From contig DASRUL010000006.1 in the NCBI GenBank assembly GCA_035655455.1, positions 1 through 48,609 of the forward strand: 48,609 nucleotides of DNA. The letters are read 5' to 3'. Origin of the DNA: Candidatus Nanoarchaeia archaeon (lineage in GTDB: Archaea; Nanobdellota; Nanobdellia; SCGC-AAA011-G17; GW2011-AR18). The position numbers were made by a program, and so were the translations under genes. The notes below the pieces were generated by a model that was given only the letters and a program-made list of their open reading frames with translations, was not told the DNA's origin and searched no databases. Positions 34,778 to 43,770 of this stretch are shown here, one piece after another. Positions within the stretch are counted from its first letter, which is position 1. Every line of letters begins with the position of its first letter.

Positions 34778-35293
34778 TCATTCAGGCCCACCAACAAGCT
34801 TGATGTACTCAGGATTACTCAAAAAATCCTCTTTCCGCACCTCCTCAAGAATGTAATGAATCTTCTTCTCCTCAATCACAAACTGCCTCTCCAAACTCTC
34901 TACAAAATCCTCAACCTGCTTCAACTCCCTAAAAATCCCCTCAACCAAATAATCATACCCATTCGTTATGCGGTAACATGTATTCACATGCTTATCCTTC
35001 AGCATGACTTCACGCGCCCTCTCCTTATCCTCACTCTTAATCCTCAAAAGAATCGTCGCCCTCGTCGTGAAGCCAATCTTAGAAAAATCAATAAGACACG
35101 TGTTCTTCGTAATAAGACCCAGCTCATACGATTTTATCTTATCATAAATCGTCGACACAGGAATCGAAATCCTCCTGCTCATCCTCGTCAGGCTTTCCCT
35201 TGAATTTCTCCGCAGCGTCGCAAGAATCAGCAGCTCCCTTTGCGTCAGCATGGCTCTTCTCATTTTCATCACAGAAGGAGTATGGAGAGACAA
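34778..35293 (-). CDS. Lrp/AsnC-family transcriptional regulator
   Basis: HTH is LTQRELLILATLRRNSRESLTRMSRRISIPVSTIYDKIKSY. A RAM-like C-terminus follows (TRATILLRIK...VNTCYRITNGYDYLVEG). Alternative starts are at 35269 and 35251. Confidence 0.75.
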   Translation of the reverse strand: MSLHTPSVMKMRRAMLTQRELLILATLRRNSRESLTRMSRRISIPVSTIYDKIKSYELGLITKNTCLIDFSKIGFTTRATILLRIKSEDKERAREVMLKDKHVNTCYRITNGYDYLVEGIFRELKQVEDFVESLERQFVIEEKKIHYILEEVRKEDFLSNPEYIKLVGGPE

Positions 35294-35377
35294 TGATTTA
35301 TAGATGATTCTTACATTCTATATACTACCTTATAACTCTTGGAAACCCTTATATAAGCTTCTTCACAATCCCCAACG

Positions 35378-36295
35378 ATGAAACGCAGCGTCATCCAACT
35401 CGCAGGAAAAACCTTCGTCGTCTCCTTGCCAAGCGCATGGGTCAAGAAGCACGACATCAAGAAAGGAGAAGAATTAGACTTTGAAGAACGCGAAGAAGGC
35501 CTTCTCATCCGCAGAGAAACTCCAGCACACTCTGGAAAAATTACCCTCGACGGAAGAACCCTCAACAAGCGCGCGTTAAAATTCGCGCTTGCAGGCTTAC
35601 ACAAATATGGCTATGACGAGATTGAGGTCCTCTACAGCAAGAAAGAATCGTTAGACCTCATCGAAGATTTAGTAAAGAACCTCTTTGTCGGCTTTGTCGT
35701 CCTCGACCAATCCCCAAAAAAATGCTTGCTAAAATCCGTGTCCACTCCAGTTCCATCAGAATTTGACGCAACCCTGCGAAGAGCGTTTTTAGTCACACTC
35801 TCGCTTGGAACATCCGCCCTCGAAAATATCACACAAGGAAATTTTAAAGAACTCAACAACTTGATAAAACTCGAGGAAACCAACAACCAGCTGACAAACT
35901 TCTGCCAGAGAATCCTCAATAAAGTCCCAACCACACAAAAGAATCTTTTCCGCTACGTCATTGCCTGGAACCTCGGAAAGATCGCAGACGAATACAAATA
36001 CGCCTGCCAACAACTTGCTTCCTGCAAACAACCCCTCAGCACCGACATCCTGGACGTCTTCAAACAAGTGAACGAGTATTTCTCTAAATACTACCACCTC
36101 CTTTACAAGTTCAACATTGAAATGTTAAATGAGCTTGCAGAGGAAAGGATAACAATCGAGGAAAAAATGAAAATTTTAAAATTGAAGAATGATCATGAGA
36201 AGCTTTTGTTGAACTATCTTTTCGCTATCTTGATGAAGACCACTGATTTCTCAACATCGTTCTTTGTTTTGCACCATCAGAGTCCTGAACCCTAA
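35378..36295 (+). CDS. AbrB/SpoVT-domain protein with a PhoU-like helical C-terminal region
   Basis: N-terminus is MKRSVIQLAGKTFVVSLPSAWVKKHDIKKGEELDFEE (AbrB fold). The long helical C-terminus is assigned to PhoU-like by architecture only. A TATA element (CTTATATAAG) lies about 26 nt upstream. Confidence 0.6.
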   Translation: MKRSVIQLAGKTFVVSLPSAWVKKHDIKKGEELDFEEREEGLLIRRETPAHSGKITLDGRTLNKRALKFALAGLHKYGYDEIEVLYSKKESLDLIEDLVKNLFVGFVVLDQSPKKCLLKSVSTPVPSEFDATLRRAFLVTLSLGTSALENITQGNFKELNNLIKLEETNNQLTNFCQRILNKVPTTQKNLFRYVIAWNLGKIADEYKYACQQLASCKQPLSTDILDVFKQVNEYFSKYYHLLYKFNIEMLNELAEERITIEEKMKILKLKNDHEKLLLNYLFAILMKTTDFSTSFFVLHHQSPEP

Positions 36296-38005
36296 GTACA
36301 ACTGCACATACTCCCCTCTAAAACGCTGATAATACTCCTGATGCTCTTTTTTGATCGCGTAAATCGCATTCCTCGCACCCTTAAGAAAGAGCCTTCTCTC
36401 CACCTGCCTGTCTTTCCTACCCCTCATCCCGGCATTCCTGCTGACGCCAATATGAATCCTCGCATTCTGGTATCTTAAATTAAAACCTTCCTTGTCAGTT
36501 ATTTTTTTCTCGCTGTGTCGGTTGTACTGCCGCAGATAATGCTCAATAATCTCTTGTTTTTCCTCTTTTCCAAGCGTATGGGCATAGTCCATAAGATTCA
36601 CAAGATCAACCTCCTGAGGAATCTGCCTTGTTTTCTCACAATCCAGAACCCCTATTTGGCCATTATCCCCATAAATCCAGTTTTCCGCATGGCCATCCTT
36701 ATAATAAACAAAGGTTGTCGCCTTGAGCGCTTCTTCGACAGGAGCGTAAGCTTTTTTGAAACGCTGTCTTGTTCTTTCGTCAATTTCCGGAATGCTCAGC
36801 CTTTCTTCAAAGAGTTCCCTCAAGTTTTCTTGTGGTCCAGCTTTTTCTTTAGGAAATCTCGCATGGATGACCCCGAGAATGTCCGCAATCGGTTTAAGAA
36901 GGGGTTTATACTCTTCACCTTTTTTAATCATTTCATAGAGCGTTTTTCCCGGCTCTCTTCTCACGACCAACAAAGGTTTTCCTTCTCTTTCCACCTCCGC
37001 AACAGGCTTTGAAACGAAGTAACCTTTGTACTTCCCAACAATACCCTGAACACGCTCTGTTGTCTCTCTCTCTTCTTCAAGAACATTGCTTTCCTTGAGA
37101 AGAAACATCTCTTCGATAATTCCACCCGATCTTATTCTGTAAACTTTATTCTTGCTTTCAGAAATTTGGTAGCACTCTTCTAATGGAAGATCATGCGCAA
37201 GACCATCCCAAAGCATTCTTCTCATCTGATCCCATTCTGGACGGATCGCATTTGCCCCATCAAAAACCTCTTCAAGCAGCTCTGCTGCAAAAAGCCTCTC
37301 TTCCAAAGAGGAACGTGGATCTTCAACAGTTTTGCGAATGTTTTCTATCGCATCATCATTCCAACCCAACAAGTAGTTCAGAAGTCCCCGATCGAGAGGA
37401 TGAATTGGATTTTCTGATTGATCTTCCAATGTATCCTTTGCTGTAAAGGCTGTAAAGATATTTGGTTTGTAATTTATTCTCTGAAATGTTCGCAAAATAT
37501 CTCTCAGTTGAAAAAATGAGACTTGTCTATTTTTGAGAGCAGAGTAATACCTTAAAATGGGAGTAAGAAGACTGTTCGGAAACGCCTCTTCGGCAATTCG
37601 TAGCTCATCAAACCACCCAGGATCATCTTTTAGAGCCTTGTAAGAGGCTTTTATCCATGCCTTCGTATAAACATAGTAATCCGCTTTTTTCAATTTTGGA
37701 AATTTTGACAAGGTCACTTTCTTCTTTTTCTTCAGCATCCCTCTTTTTGGAAGCCTTTTGTAAGCGATCTTCATTCTTTGTAGTGCTACACCTGCCGTCT
37801 TTGCCGTTGCATAACCTACTAAGGGTCCGCAAAAAAGAATCGCCCATGCTCCCCAGCGCCAGTCCTTGTAAGAATCCCAAGGAAATAGACTAGCCCACCA
37901 CGCCGTAAATCCAAACAAGATTGTCGTGCTCGCGTTCAAGGGCCATTTCCTTAACGTGTTGACGATCGATTCTAGGTTTTTTCCCATCATCCTTATTAAG
38001 ATCAA
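36251..38005 (-). CDS. membrane-anchored kinase-like (APH/choline-kinase fold) protein
   Basis: 584 aa. It has two N-terminal TM helices (TTILFGFTAWWASLF; WGAWAILFCGPLVGYA). The C-terminal kinase-like core has YYKDGHAENWIY (catalytic-loop-like) and GVLDCE (DxD/DFG-like). Confidence 0.6.
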   Translation of the reverse strand: MILIRMMGKNLESIVNTLRKWPLNASTTILFGFTAWWASLFPWDSYKDWRWGAWAILFCGPLVGYATAKTAGVALQRMKIAYKRLPKRGMLKKKKKVTLSKFPKLKKADYYVYTKAWIKASYKALKDDPGWFDELRIAEEAFPNSLLTPILRYYSALKNRQVSFFQLRDILRTFQRINYKPNIFTAFTAKDTLEDQSENPIHPLDRGLLNYLLGWNDDAIENIRKTVEDPRSSLEERLFAAELLEEVFDGANAIRPEWDQMRRMLWDGLAHDLPLEECYQISESKNKVYRIRSGGIIEEMFLLKESNVLEEERETTERVQGIVGKYKGYFVSKPVAEVEREGKPLLVVRREPGKTLYEMIKKGEEYKPLLKPIADILGVIHARFPKEKAGPQENLRELFEERLSIPEIDERTRQRFKKAYAPVEEALKATTFVYYKDGHAENWIYGDNGQIGVLDCEKTRQIPQEVDLVNLMDYAHTLGKEEKQEIIEHYLRQYNRHSEKKITDKEGFNLRYQNARIHIGVSRNAGMRGRKDRQVERRLFLKGARNAIYAIKKEHQEYYQRFRGEYVQLYLGFRTLMVQNKERC

Positions 38006-38038
38006 AATTTTTATTAACTTGCTTGTCTTAGAACCTGC

Positions 38039-38791
38039 ATGTTGAGATCATCATTTGTCTTTCTCCCAAGAGCTGGTTTAGCGACTGAAAAGAGGTTGTG
38101 GTCGTCGGGAATAAAGACATGGAACGATTTTTTGAACGCAAAACAACTCAAAGGTTTTTCTCCAGAAAAGAAGACGACATGCGACAAACTTTTAAGAGCA
38201 GCATCAAAAGCGCTCCTTGAGGGAGACGCAGCCTTCTTTCTCAAGCTCCCACCACGAGAACAATGGCGCCTTTATGCATCCTTCAAAGATGAAGCACTCT
38301 TCCTCGACATCGAAATCGGAAACACCAACAAAGACCTCATCCTCATCGGAATGAGCAACGGCCTTGACTTCACCTGGATGGTCAAAGGGATGAACCTTGA
38401 AAAAGAAACCTTCTTCAAAGAATTAAAAAAATATAAAATATTAATTACCTTTAACGGAGCAGCGTTCGATATCCCAGTTCTTGAGAGATATTTTAAAACC
38501 GCGATCACTCTTCCCCATATAGACCTTAAACACTGCTGTCTCAAACTCTGCCTCAAAGGGGGATTGAAAGAAGTCGAACGCGTTTTAAACCTGAAACGGC
38601 CAGCGTCCCTGTACGGAAACCCAAGCGACGCATGGCGCGCCTTCCACGCATCAGGAGACAGAGAATATTTGGACGCGCTTCTCAAGTACAATGAAGAAGA
38701 TGTCCTCAATTTGAAACCAATCGCTGACTTTTGCTTTCAAAAACTAAAAGAAAAATTAATAAGCCCCTACATCAAGAAACAAGGAGAATGA
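38039..38791 (+). CDS. RNase H-fold 3'-5' exonuclease-like protein (YprB/RNase_H_2-type)
   Basis: LFLDIEIGN (the first acidic motif), ITFNGAAFDIPVLERYF and YNEEDVLNLKPI are the DEDD-like landmarks. Confidence 0.65.
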   Translation: MLRSSFVFLPRAGLATEKRLWSSGIKTWNDFLNAKQLKGFSPEKKTTCDKLLRAASKALLEGDAAFFLKLPPREQWRLYASFKDEALFLDIEIGNTNKDLILIGMSNGLDFTWMVKGMNLEKETFFKELKKYKILITFNGAAFDIPVLERYFKTAITLPHIDLKHCCLKLCLKGGLKEVERVLNLKRPASLYGNPSDAWRAFHASGDREYLDALLKYNEEDVLNLKPIADFCFQKLKEKLISPYIKKQGE

Positions 38792-39096
38792 AACTCCTCC
38801 CTTCTTTCGCAAATTTCTTCAAAAAAAAGGAGCCTCTCACCCTCAACCAAATCAGAACCCTCGCCGCGCTGGAAATGGCAAGAGAAAATCACGGACTCCA
38901 AATCCTTCCAGGAAAAGAAAAAATCAAAGGATTACCTATGTACATGATCGCGCGCTTTCGAGGCGTGACCATCGCTCAGGTATTCAAAGACAGAGTCATT
39001 GAGCTTCCCCCGCTTCCAGAAGAAGAAAAACTCAGCCCAGAAGAAGTAATAAGAGTTGAAAACTTACTCCAAAAAATAAAAAAAGTGTGCCAATGA
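38788..39096 (+). CDS. hypothetical protein
   Basis: 103 aa. The ATG overlaps the upstream stop (ATGA) and GGAG lies 2 nt upstream. Confidence 0.45.
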   Translation: MKLLPSFANFFKKKEPLTLNQIRTLAALEMARENHGLQILPGKEKIKGLPMYMIARFRGVTIAQVFKDRVIELPPLPEEEKLSPEEVIRVENLLQKIKKVCQ

Positions 39097-39130
39097 AAAA
39101 ACCTTTAAACAAAAGAACACTTACCCATTG

Positions 39131-39763
39131 ATGCACCAACCAAGACCTCTCCTACAAAAATACAGACTTCTTAAACCTCTCCTCAAAAAACGCCTTTCAG
39201 AATTCAAACGCGCCCCCTCCTCCGGAAAAGAACATTTGTTCTCAGAATTATGCTTCTGCCTACTCACCCCCCAATCCAAAGCCCGCGCGTGCGACAACGC
39301 CATCCAAAACTTAAAACAATCAAGATTACTCTTTTCCGGAACAGAAGAAGAAATCAAAAAAGTACTTGTCGCTTCAGGAGTACGCTTCCACCACACCAAG
39401 GCGAAACGCATCGTTGAAGCGAGAAAGATCCTTGGAAACAACATGATTAAAACCTGCCTTGCAACAGATCCGTTTATATCAAGAGAACTAATCATCAAAA
39501 ATGTGAAAGGATTGGGGTACAAGGAAAGCTCCCACTTCCTCAGAAACATCGGCCACGCAGAAGGCCTCGCAATCCTCGACAGGCACATCCTGAAAAACAT
39601 GAAAAAATACGGGGCCGTTACCTCCCTGCCAAAGACACTCACAAGAAAAAAATACCTTCACCTCGAGAAAAAAATGCACGGCCTCTCAGAAAAGATAGGA
39701 ATACCCGCAGCGGAACTCGACCTCGTCTTCTGGTCTGAAGAAACAGGAGAAGTTTTCAAATAA
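39131..39763 (+). CDS. ogg: 8-oxoguanine DNA glycosylase/AP lyase, archaeal Ogg2-type (HhH-GPD)
   Basis: ELCFCLLTPQSKA, then the HhH region VKGLGYKESSHFLRNIG with the catalytic Lys, followed by LAILDRHI with the Asp. Confidence 0.8.
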   Translation: MHQPRPLLQKYRLLKPLLKKRLSEFKRAPSSGKEHLFSELCFCLLTPQSKARACDNAIQNLKQSRLLFSGTEEEIKKVLVASGVRFHHTKAKRIVEARKILGNNMIKTCLATDPFISRELIIKNVKGLGYKESSHFLRNIGHAEGLAILDRHILKNMKKYGAVTSLPKTLTRKKYLHLEKKMHGLSEKIGIPAAELDLVFWSEETGEVFK

Positions 39764-39946
39764 TTTTCAATCACAAAGTATTTAAGAAAGATCCATCAAA
39801 TCTGAAACCAAGAAGGTGAATCTCATGAAGGCTGGAAAAAAGAAGTCGCACGCGAACATCGGAAAAACAAAATCCAAAAAAAACAAACCAAAAGTATGCA
39901 AGTTTTGCTGAATCACAATCGAATTTTCCCAAGCAAACATCCCCTT

Positions 39947-40354
39947 ATGAAACCACTACAAACCGTCGCCGCAATTCTCATAAGAAACCACAAAGTTTTA
40001 TTCGTCAAGAGAAATAATGAGCCGTTCAAAAAATTCTGGTGCCTTCCAGGAGGCCATATTAATCCTGGAGAATTCCCAAAGGAAGCAGTCATCCGAGAAA
40101 TAAAAGAAGAAACAAACCTTGACTTCATTCCCACATTTTTAGAAAAAAATGAAGAGCATTTTCCAGAAATAAATTGGCACGCAAGAGTGAGCGTTTTTTC
40201 AGGAACATTCTCAGGAGTTTTAAAAAATAAGAATCAAGAGGTCAATGACGCGAGATGGTTCTCAAAACAAGAAATAAAAAACCTGAAGATCGCATTCAAC
40301 CACCAAGATCTTCTTGAGAAATATCTTGTTAAACATGATGTTCAAAAAAAATGA
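39947..40354 (+). CDS. NUDIX hydrolase
   Basis: The Nudix box is GGHINPGEFPKEAVIREIKEETNL. I chose the start at MKPLQTVAAIL. Confidence 0.85.
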   Translation: MKPLQTVAAILIRNHKVLFVKRNNEPFKKFWCLPGGHINPGEFPKEAVIREIKEETNLDFIPTFLEKNEEHFPEINWHARVSVFSGTFSGVLKNKNQEVNDARWFSKQEIKNLKIAFNHQDLLEKYLVKHDVQKK

Positions 40355-40411
40355 CCAACAGCTTTAAATAAGAAATTCTTCAGTCCTACGAAAGAAAAAG
40401 ATGTGATAAAA

Positions 40412-41479
40412 ATGCCTGAAAAAATTATCCAAAATTTTGAAGTCCGATACGCTGAAATTCTTGACAAAGAAGGAAGAATAGACAAGGCCTTGATGCCAAA
40501 AATCTCCCTTTCAACCATAAAAAAAATGTACGAAGCGATGATCCTTGGAAGATTATTCGACGCGAGAATGTTCAGACTCCAACGCCAAGGAAGACTCGGC
40601 ACGTTCGCACCCTCCAAAGGCCACGAGGCAATCCAAGTAGGAGCAGCCTTCGCACTCAAAAAAGAAGACTGGGTTGTCCCCTATTTCAGAGAGCATGTCA
40701 TCACCCATCTCCGCGGCGTCCCCATAGAAAACATCCTCCAATACTACGCGGGAGATGAACGAGGACACAGCTACAAAAAGGGGTGGAACGTGCTTCCAGT
40801 ATGCATTCCAGTGTCAACACAACTGCTCCACGCTGTCGGCTTAGCATGGGCCTTCAAAAAACAAAGGAAAAAAGCAGTCGTTCTCGCATTTCTCGGAGAC
40901 GGGGCAACCTCAGCAGGAGACTTTCACGAAGCGTTAAACTTTTCCTCAGTGTTTAATGTTCCAGTCGTCTTCATCTGCGAAAACAACCAATACGCAATCT
41001 CCGTCCCTGTCCAAAAACAAACAGCATCAACAACCCTCAGCCAGAAGGCAATAGCCTACGCCATCCCAAGCGTGAAACTAGACGGCAACGACCTTTTCGC
41101 AGTTTACAAAGAAGTCAAGAAGGCTATTGAAGGCGCGAGAAAAGGACTCGGACCAAGCTTCCTTGAATGTTTTACTTATAGACTCAGCGATCATACTACC
41201 TCTGATGACGCCTCCAAGTACCGATCAAAAAAAGAAGTAACATTCTGGGAGTCGCGTGATCCCATCATTAGAGTAAGAACCTATCTTGAACACCACAAGG
41301 TTTGGAATAAAAACAAAGAAGGCATTTTGTATAAGGCCTGCGAAAAAAAGATTGATACCGCAGTAAAAAAAGCAGAACACGTTTCTCCACCAAACGCTGA
41401 AGATATCTTCAAGTACACCTTCAAAGCATTAACCCAAGAATTACAAGAAGAAATGGAAGACCTCAAAAAAAATGGCTAA
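40412..41479 (+). CDS. 2-oxoacid (pyruvate/branched-chain) dehydrogenase E1 alpha subunit
   Basis: The TPP-binding motif is GDGATSAGDFHEALNFSSVFNVPVVFICENNQYAIS. An alternative GTG start is at 40403. Confidence 0.9.
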   Translation: MPEKIIQNFEVRYAEILDKEGRIDKALMPKISLSTIKKMYEAMILGRLFDARMFRLQRQGRLGTFAPSKGHEAIQVGAAFALKKEDWVVPYFREHVITHLRGVPIENILQYYAGDERGHSYKKGWNVLPVCIPVSTQLLHAVGLAWAFKKQRKKAVVLAFLGDGATSAGDFHEALNFSSVFNVPVVFICENNQYAISVPVQKQTASTTLSQKAIAYAIPSVKLDGNDLFAVYKEVKKAIEGARKGLGPSFLECFTYRLSDHTTSDDASKYRSKKEVTFWESRDPIIRVRTYLEHHKVWNKNKEGILYKACEKKIDTAVKKAEHVSPPNAEDIFKYTFKALTQELQEEMEDLKKNG

Positions 41480-42446
41480 ACTCACTATCATCGAAGCAGT
41501 CAACCTCGCACTCAAACAAGAAATGAAGAAAGACAAAACCGTCCTCGTTCTCGGGGAAGATATCGGCATTGACGGAGGAGTCTTCCGCGCGACAGAAGGG
41601 CTGCTCAAGAAATTCGGAGAAGAACGCGTCATCGACACCCCCCTCTCAGAATCAGGCATCATAGGAACTTCCATAGGATTAGCGCTTGGAGGATTCAAAC
41701 CTGTAGCAGAAATCCAGTTCGACGGATTTTTGTACCCAGCACTCGACCAGCTCATTTCCCACGCAGCGCGCTTCAGAACAAGATCACGGGGAACACTCTC
41801 CTGCCCTCTCGTTGTCAGAGCACCCTACTCTGGCGGCATCAGAGCCTTAGAACACCACTCAGAAAGCATGGAAGCGCTCTTCAGACATATTCCAGGACTA
41901 AAAGTCGTCATCCCATCAACACCCTACGACACAAAAGGATTATTACTTTCAGCAATCCGCGACCCAGACCCAGTCATTTTTTTAGAACCAAAAAGAATCT
42001 ACCGCGCCATCCGCGAAGACGTCCCAGAAAAAGAATACACGCTGCCTCTTGGAAAAGCAAACATCGTTCATGACGGAAGCGACATCACTGTCGTCTCTTA
42101 TGGCTCTTCAATGCACGAAACTAAAAAGGCTGTCGCAGAACTCGCATCTGATTTCAGCATAGAATTACTTGACTTGAGGACGATCAGCCCACTTGACGAT
42201 GAAACTGTTGTTGCTTCAGTAAAAAAAACAGGACGCTGCGCAATTGTGCATGAAGGACCGCGCTCGTGCGGAGTCGCCGCAGAACTCATCAGCAGAATCA
42301 ATGAAAAAGCCTTGTTAAGCCTAGAAGCCCCTATTGTCCGCGTCACAGGATTTGATACAATTATGCCTTTGTACAAATTAGAATGGAACTATTTACCCAC
42401 TGTCGAAAGGATCAAGAAAGGAATCCTTCAAGCGCTCTCCTTCTAA
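41472..42446 (+). CDS. 2-oxoacid dehydrogenase E1 beta subunit
   Basis: Overlaps the E1 alpha stop by 8 nt. LGEDIGIDGGVFRATEGL, RVIDTPLSESGIIG and EIQFDGFLYPALDQ are typical of E1 beta and the transketolase C-terminal domain. Confidence 0.9.
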   Translation: MAKLTIIEAVNLALKQEMKKDKTVLVLGEDIGIDGGVFRATEGLLKKFGEERVIDTPLSESGIIGTSIGLALGGFKPVAEIQFDGFLYPALDQLISHAARFRTRSRGTLSCPLVVRAPYSGGIRALEHHSESMEALFRHIPGLKVVIPSTPYDTKGLLLSAIRDPDPVIFLEPKRIYRAIREDVPEKEYTLPLGKANIVHDGSDITVVSYGSSMHETKKAVAELASDFSIELLDLRTISPLDDETVVASVKKTGRCAIVHEGPRSCGVAAELISRINEKALLSLEAPIVRVTGFDTIMPLYKLEWNYLPTVERIKKGILQALSF

Positions 42447-42488
42447 AAAGTTTTATATTGACAGACGACGCTATTCCCTGCGATGGCC

Positions 42489-42800
42489 TTACTTTACCTC
42501 TTTAGGATATTTTTCTTTCCATCCCCGCGTCCCACCAGCAACAGAAAAAGCAGTAAATCCCTGCTCTTCCAAGAACGCAGCTCCCTGCTTCGAAGCATTC
42601 CCATGATTACAGATAACATAAACCCGCTTTGACTTGTCTAACTCCTGAACTCTCTGAGGAAGCTCAATCAATGGAATGTTCCTTATCTCGACCTTGTCAA
42701 CATGCTCTTGACCAAAGAGAAAAGCTTGCCTCACATCTACTATCTGAACTTTTCCCTGTTTTTTCCTCACTTCCTCAATTGTTACCTCACTCGCCCCCAT
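42489..42800 (-). CDS. single-domain rhodanese-like sulfurtransferase
   Basis: Active-site loop is VICNHGNASKQGAAFL. The internal Met start (MGASEVTIEEV) avoids overlap with the divergent Toprim gene. Confidence 0.78.
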   Translation of the reverse strand: MGASEVTIEEVRKKQGKVQIVDVRQAFLFGQEHVDKVEIRNIPLIELPQRVQELDKSKRVYVICNHGNASKQGAAFLEEQGFTAFSVAGGTRGWKEKYPKEVK

Positions 42801-42851
42801 AAACACGAAAAGAAAACAAACTTTATAAGCATTCTTGTTTCGTGAAACCTC

Positions 42852-43217
42852 ATGCATAGTCTCACAAGAGCTCTCGAACACTCTCGAGAAAAACTCGTCC
42901 TTGTTGAAGGAAAAAAAGACAAACAAGCCCTGGAATCCCTAGGCTTTACGAACATTGTCTCACTTCAAAACAGACCACTCTTTGAAGTTGTGGAAACAAT
43001 TCAAGAAAAAGAAGTTGTCTTGCTCACAGACCTCGACAAAGAAGGAAGAAGACTATTCTCAATCCTCAAAAAAGGCCTTGAACGCCAAGGAACAAAAGTT
43101 CATAGCCAATTACGATTTGAGTTATTAAAAGCTGGGCTTGTCCACATCGAAACACTAACAGAAGAATGGATCGCTCATCTTGAAGATAGGAAGAACCTTA
43201 CTCTTTTTGGAAAGTAA
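42852..43217 (+). CDS. stand-alone Toprim-domain protein
   Basis: The Toprim Glu is in LVLVEGKKDKQAL and the DxD is in VVLLTDLDKEGRRL. Confidence 0.72.
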   Translation: MHSLTRALEHSREKLVLVEGKKDKQALESLGFTNIVSLQNRPLFEVVETIQEKEVVLLTDLDKEGRRLFSILKKGLERQGTKVHSQLRFELLKAGLVHIETLTEEWIAHLEDRKNLTLFGK

Positions 43218-43222
43218 AAAAT

Positions 43223-43714
43223 TTATGATGACTTCCTCCACACTCTCAACTCCTCTCCTTTCAGGTAACGATCAAGCATCTCCAACTCTTCATAAATACC
43301 CTCAATCAGCTCATATTTTTTCGCCTCCTCCAAACTCACCCACACATGCTCTGTCAATTCAGAAGAGAGAAGAATCTCTCCCTGATCATAATCCGCGAAC
43401 AAGCTCACAATAATTGTGGGTATGCCATCATCCCTCACATACGAAAGACTCGTCAAATAACGAATATTCTTAACAGCAAGTCCTGTCTCTTCCCTCACTT
43501 CCCTTCTCAACAGATCCTCAAAAATGTTGTACCAATGGCTTGACGTGTCCTTCTGCCTTGAACTATACTCTTTGAGCTCAAGCTTTCCCCCAGGAACAGT
43601 CCACAAGTTTGGAAAAGCCTTCTCAGTAGGAGCCCTCTTTGCGATAAGATATTTTCCATCCTTAATAATTATCCCTGTAACAACAACATAGTGCGCCTTG
43701 TTTGGATCGTACAT
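43223..43714 (-). CDS. NUDIX hydrolase
   Basis: Extended Nudix box: GGKLELKE...LLRREVREETGL. Confidence 0.85.
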   Translation of the reverse strand: MYDPNKAHYVVVTGIIIKDGKYLIAKRAPTEKAFPNLWTVPGGKLELKEYSSRQKDTSSHWYNIFEDLLRREVREETGLAVKNIRYLTSLSYVRDDGIPTIIVSLFADYDQGEILLSSELTEHVWVSLEEAKKYELIEGIYEELEMLDRYLKGEELRVWRKSS

Positions 43715-43770
43715 TCACTTTTTCAACCTTCTATTTTATTTAAATATTATTATCCAAAAAAATAACAATT

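Noticed and set aside
39825-39911. A 28-codon basic ORF (MKAGKKKSHANIGKTKSKKNKPKVCKFC) with an upstream AGGTGA, just before the NUDIX gene.
   Set aside because: It might be a real small protein. It has only half of a CxxC pair, matches no ribosomal or zinc-ribbon family I can name, and overlaps the long-form start of the next ORF. Evidence is insufficient to annotate it.
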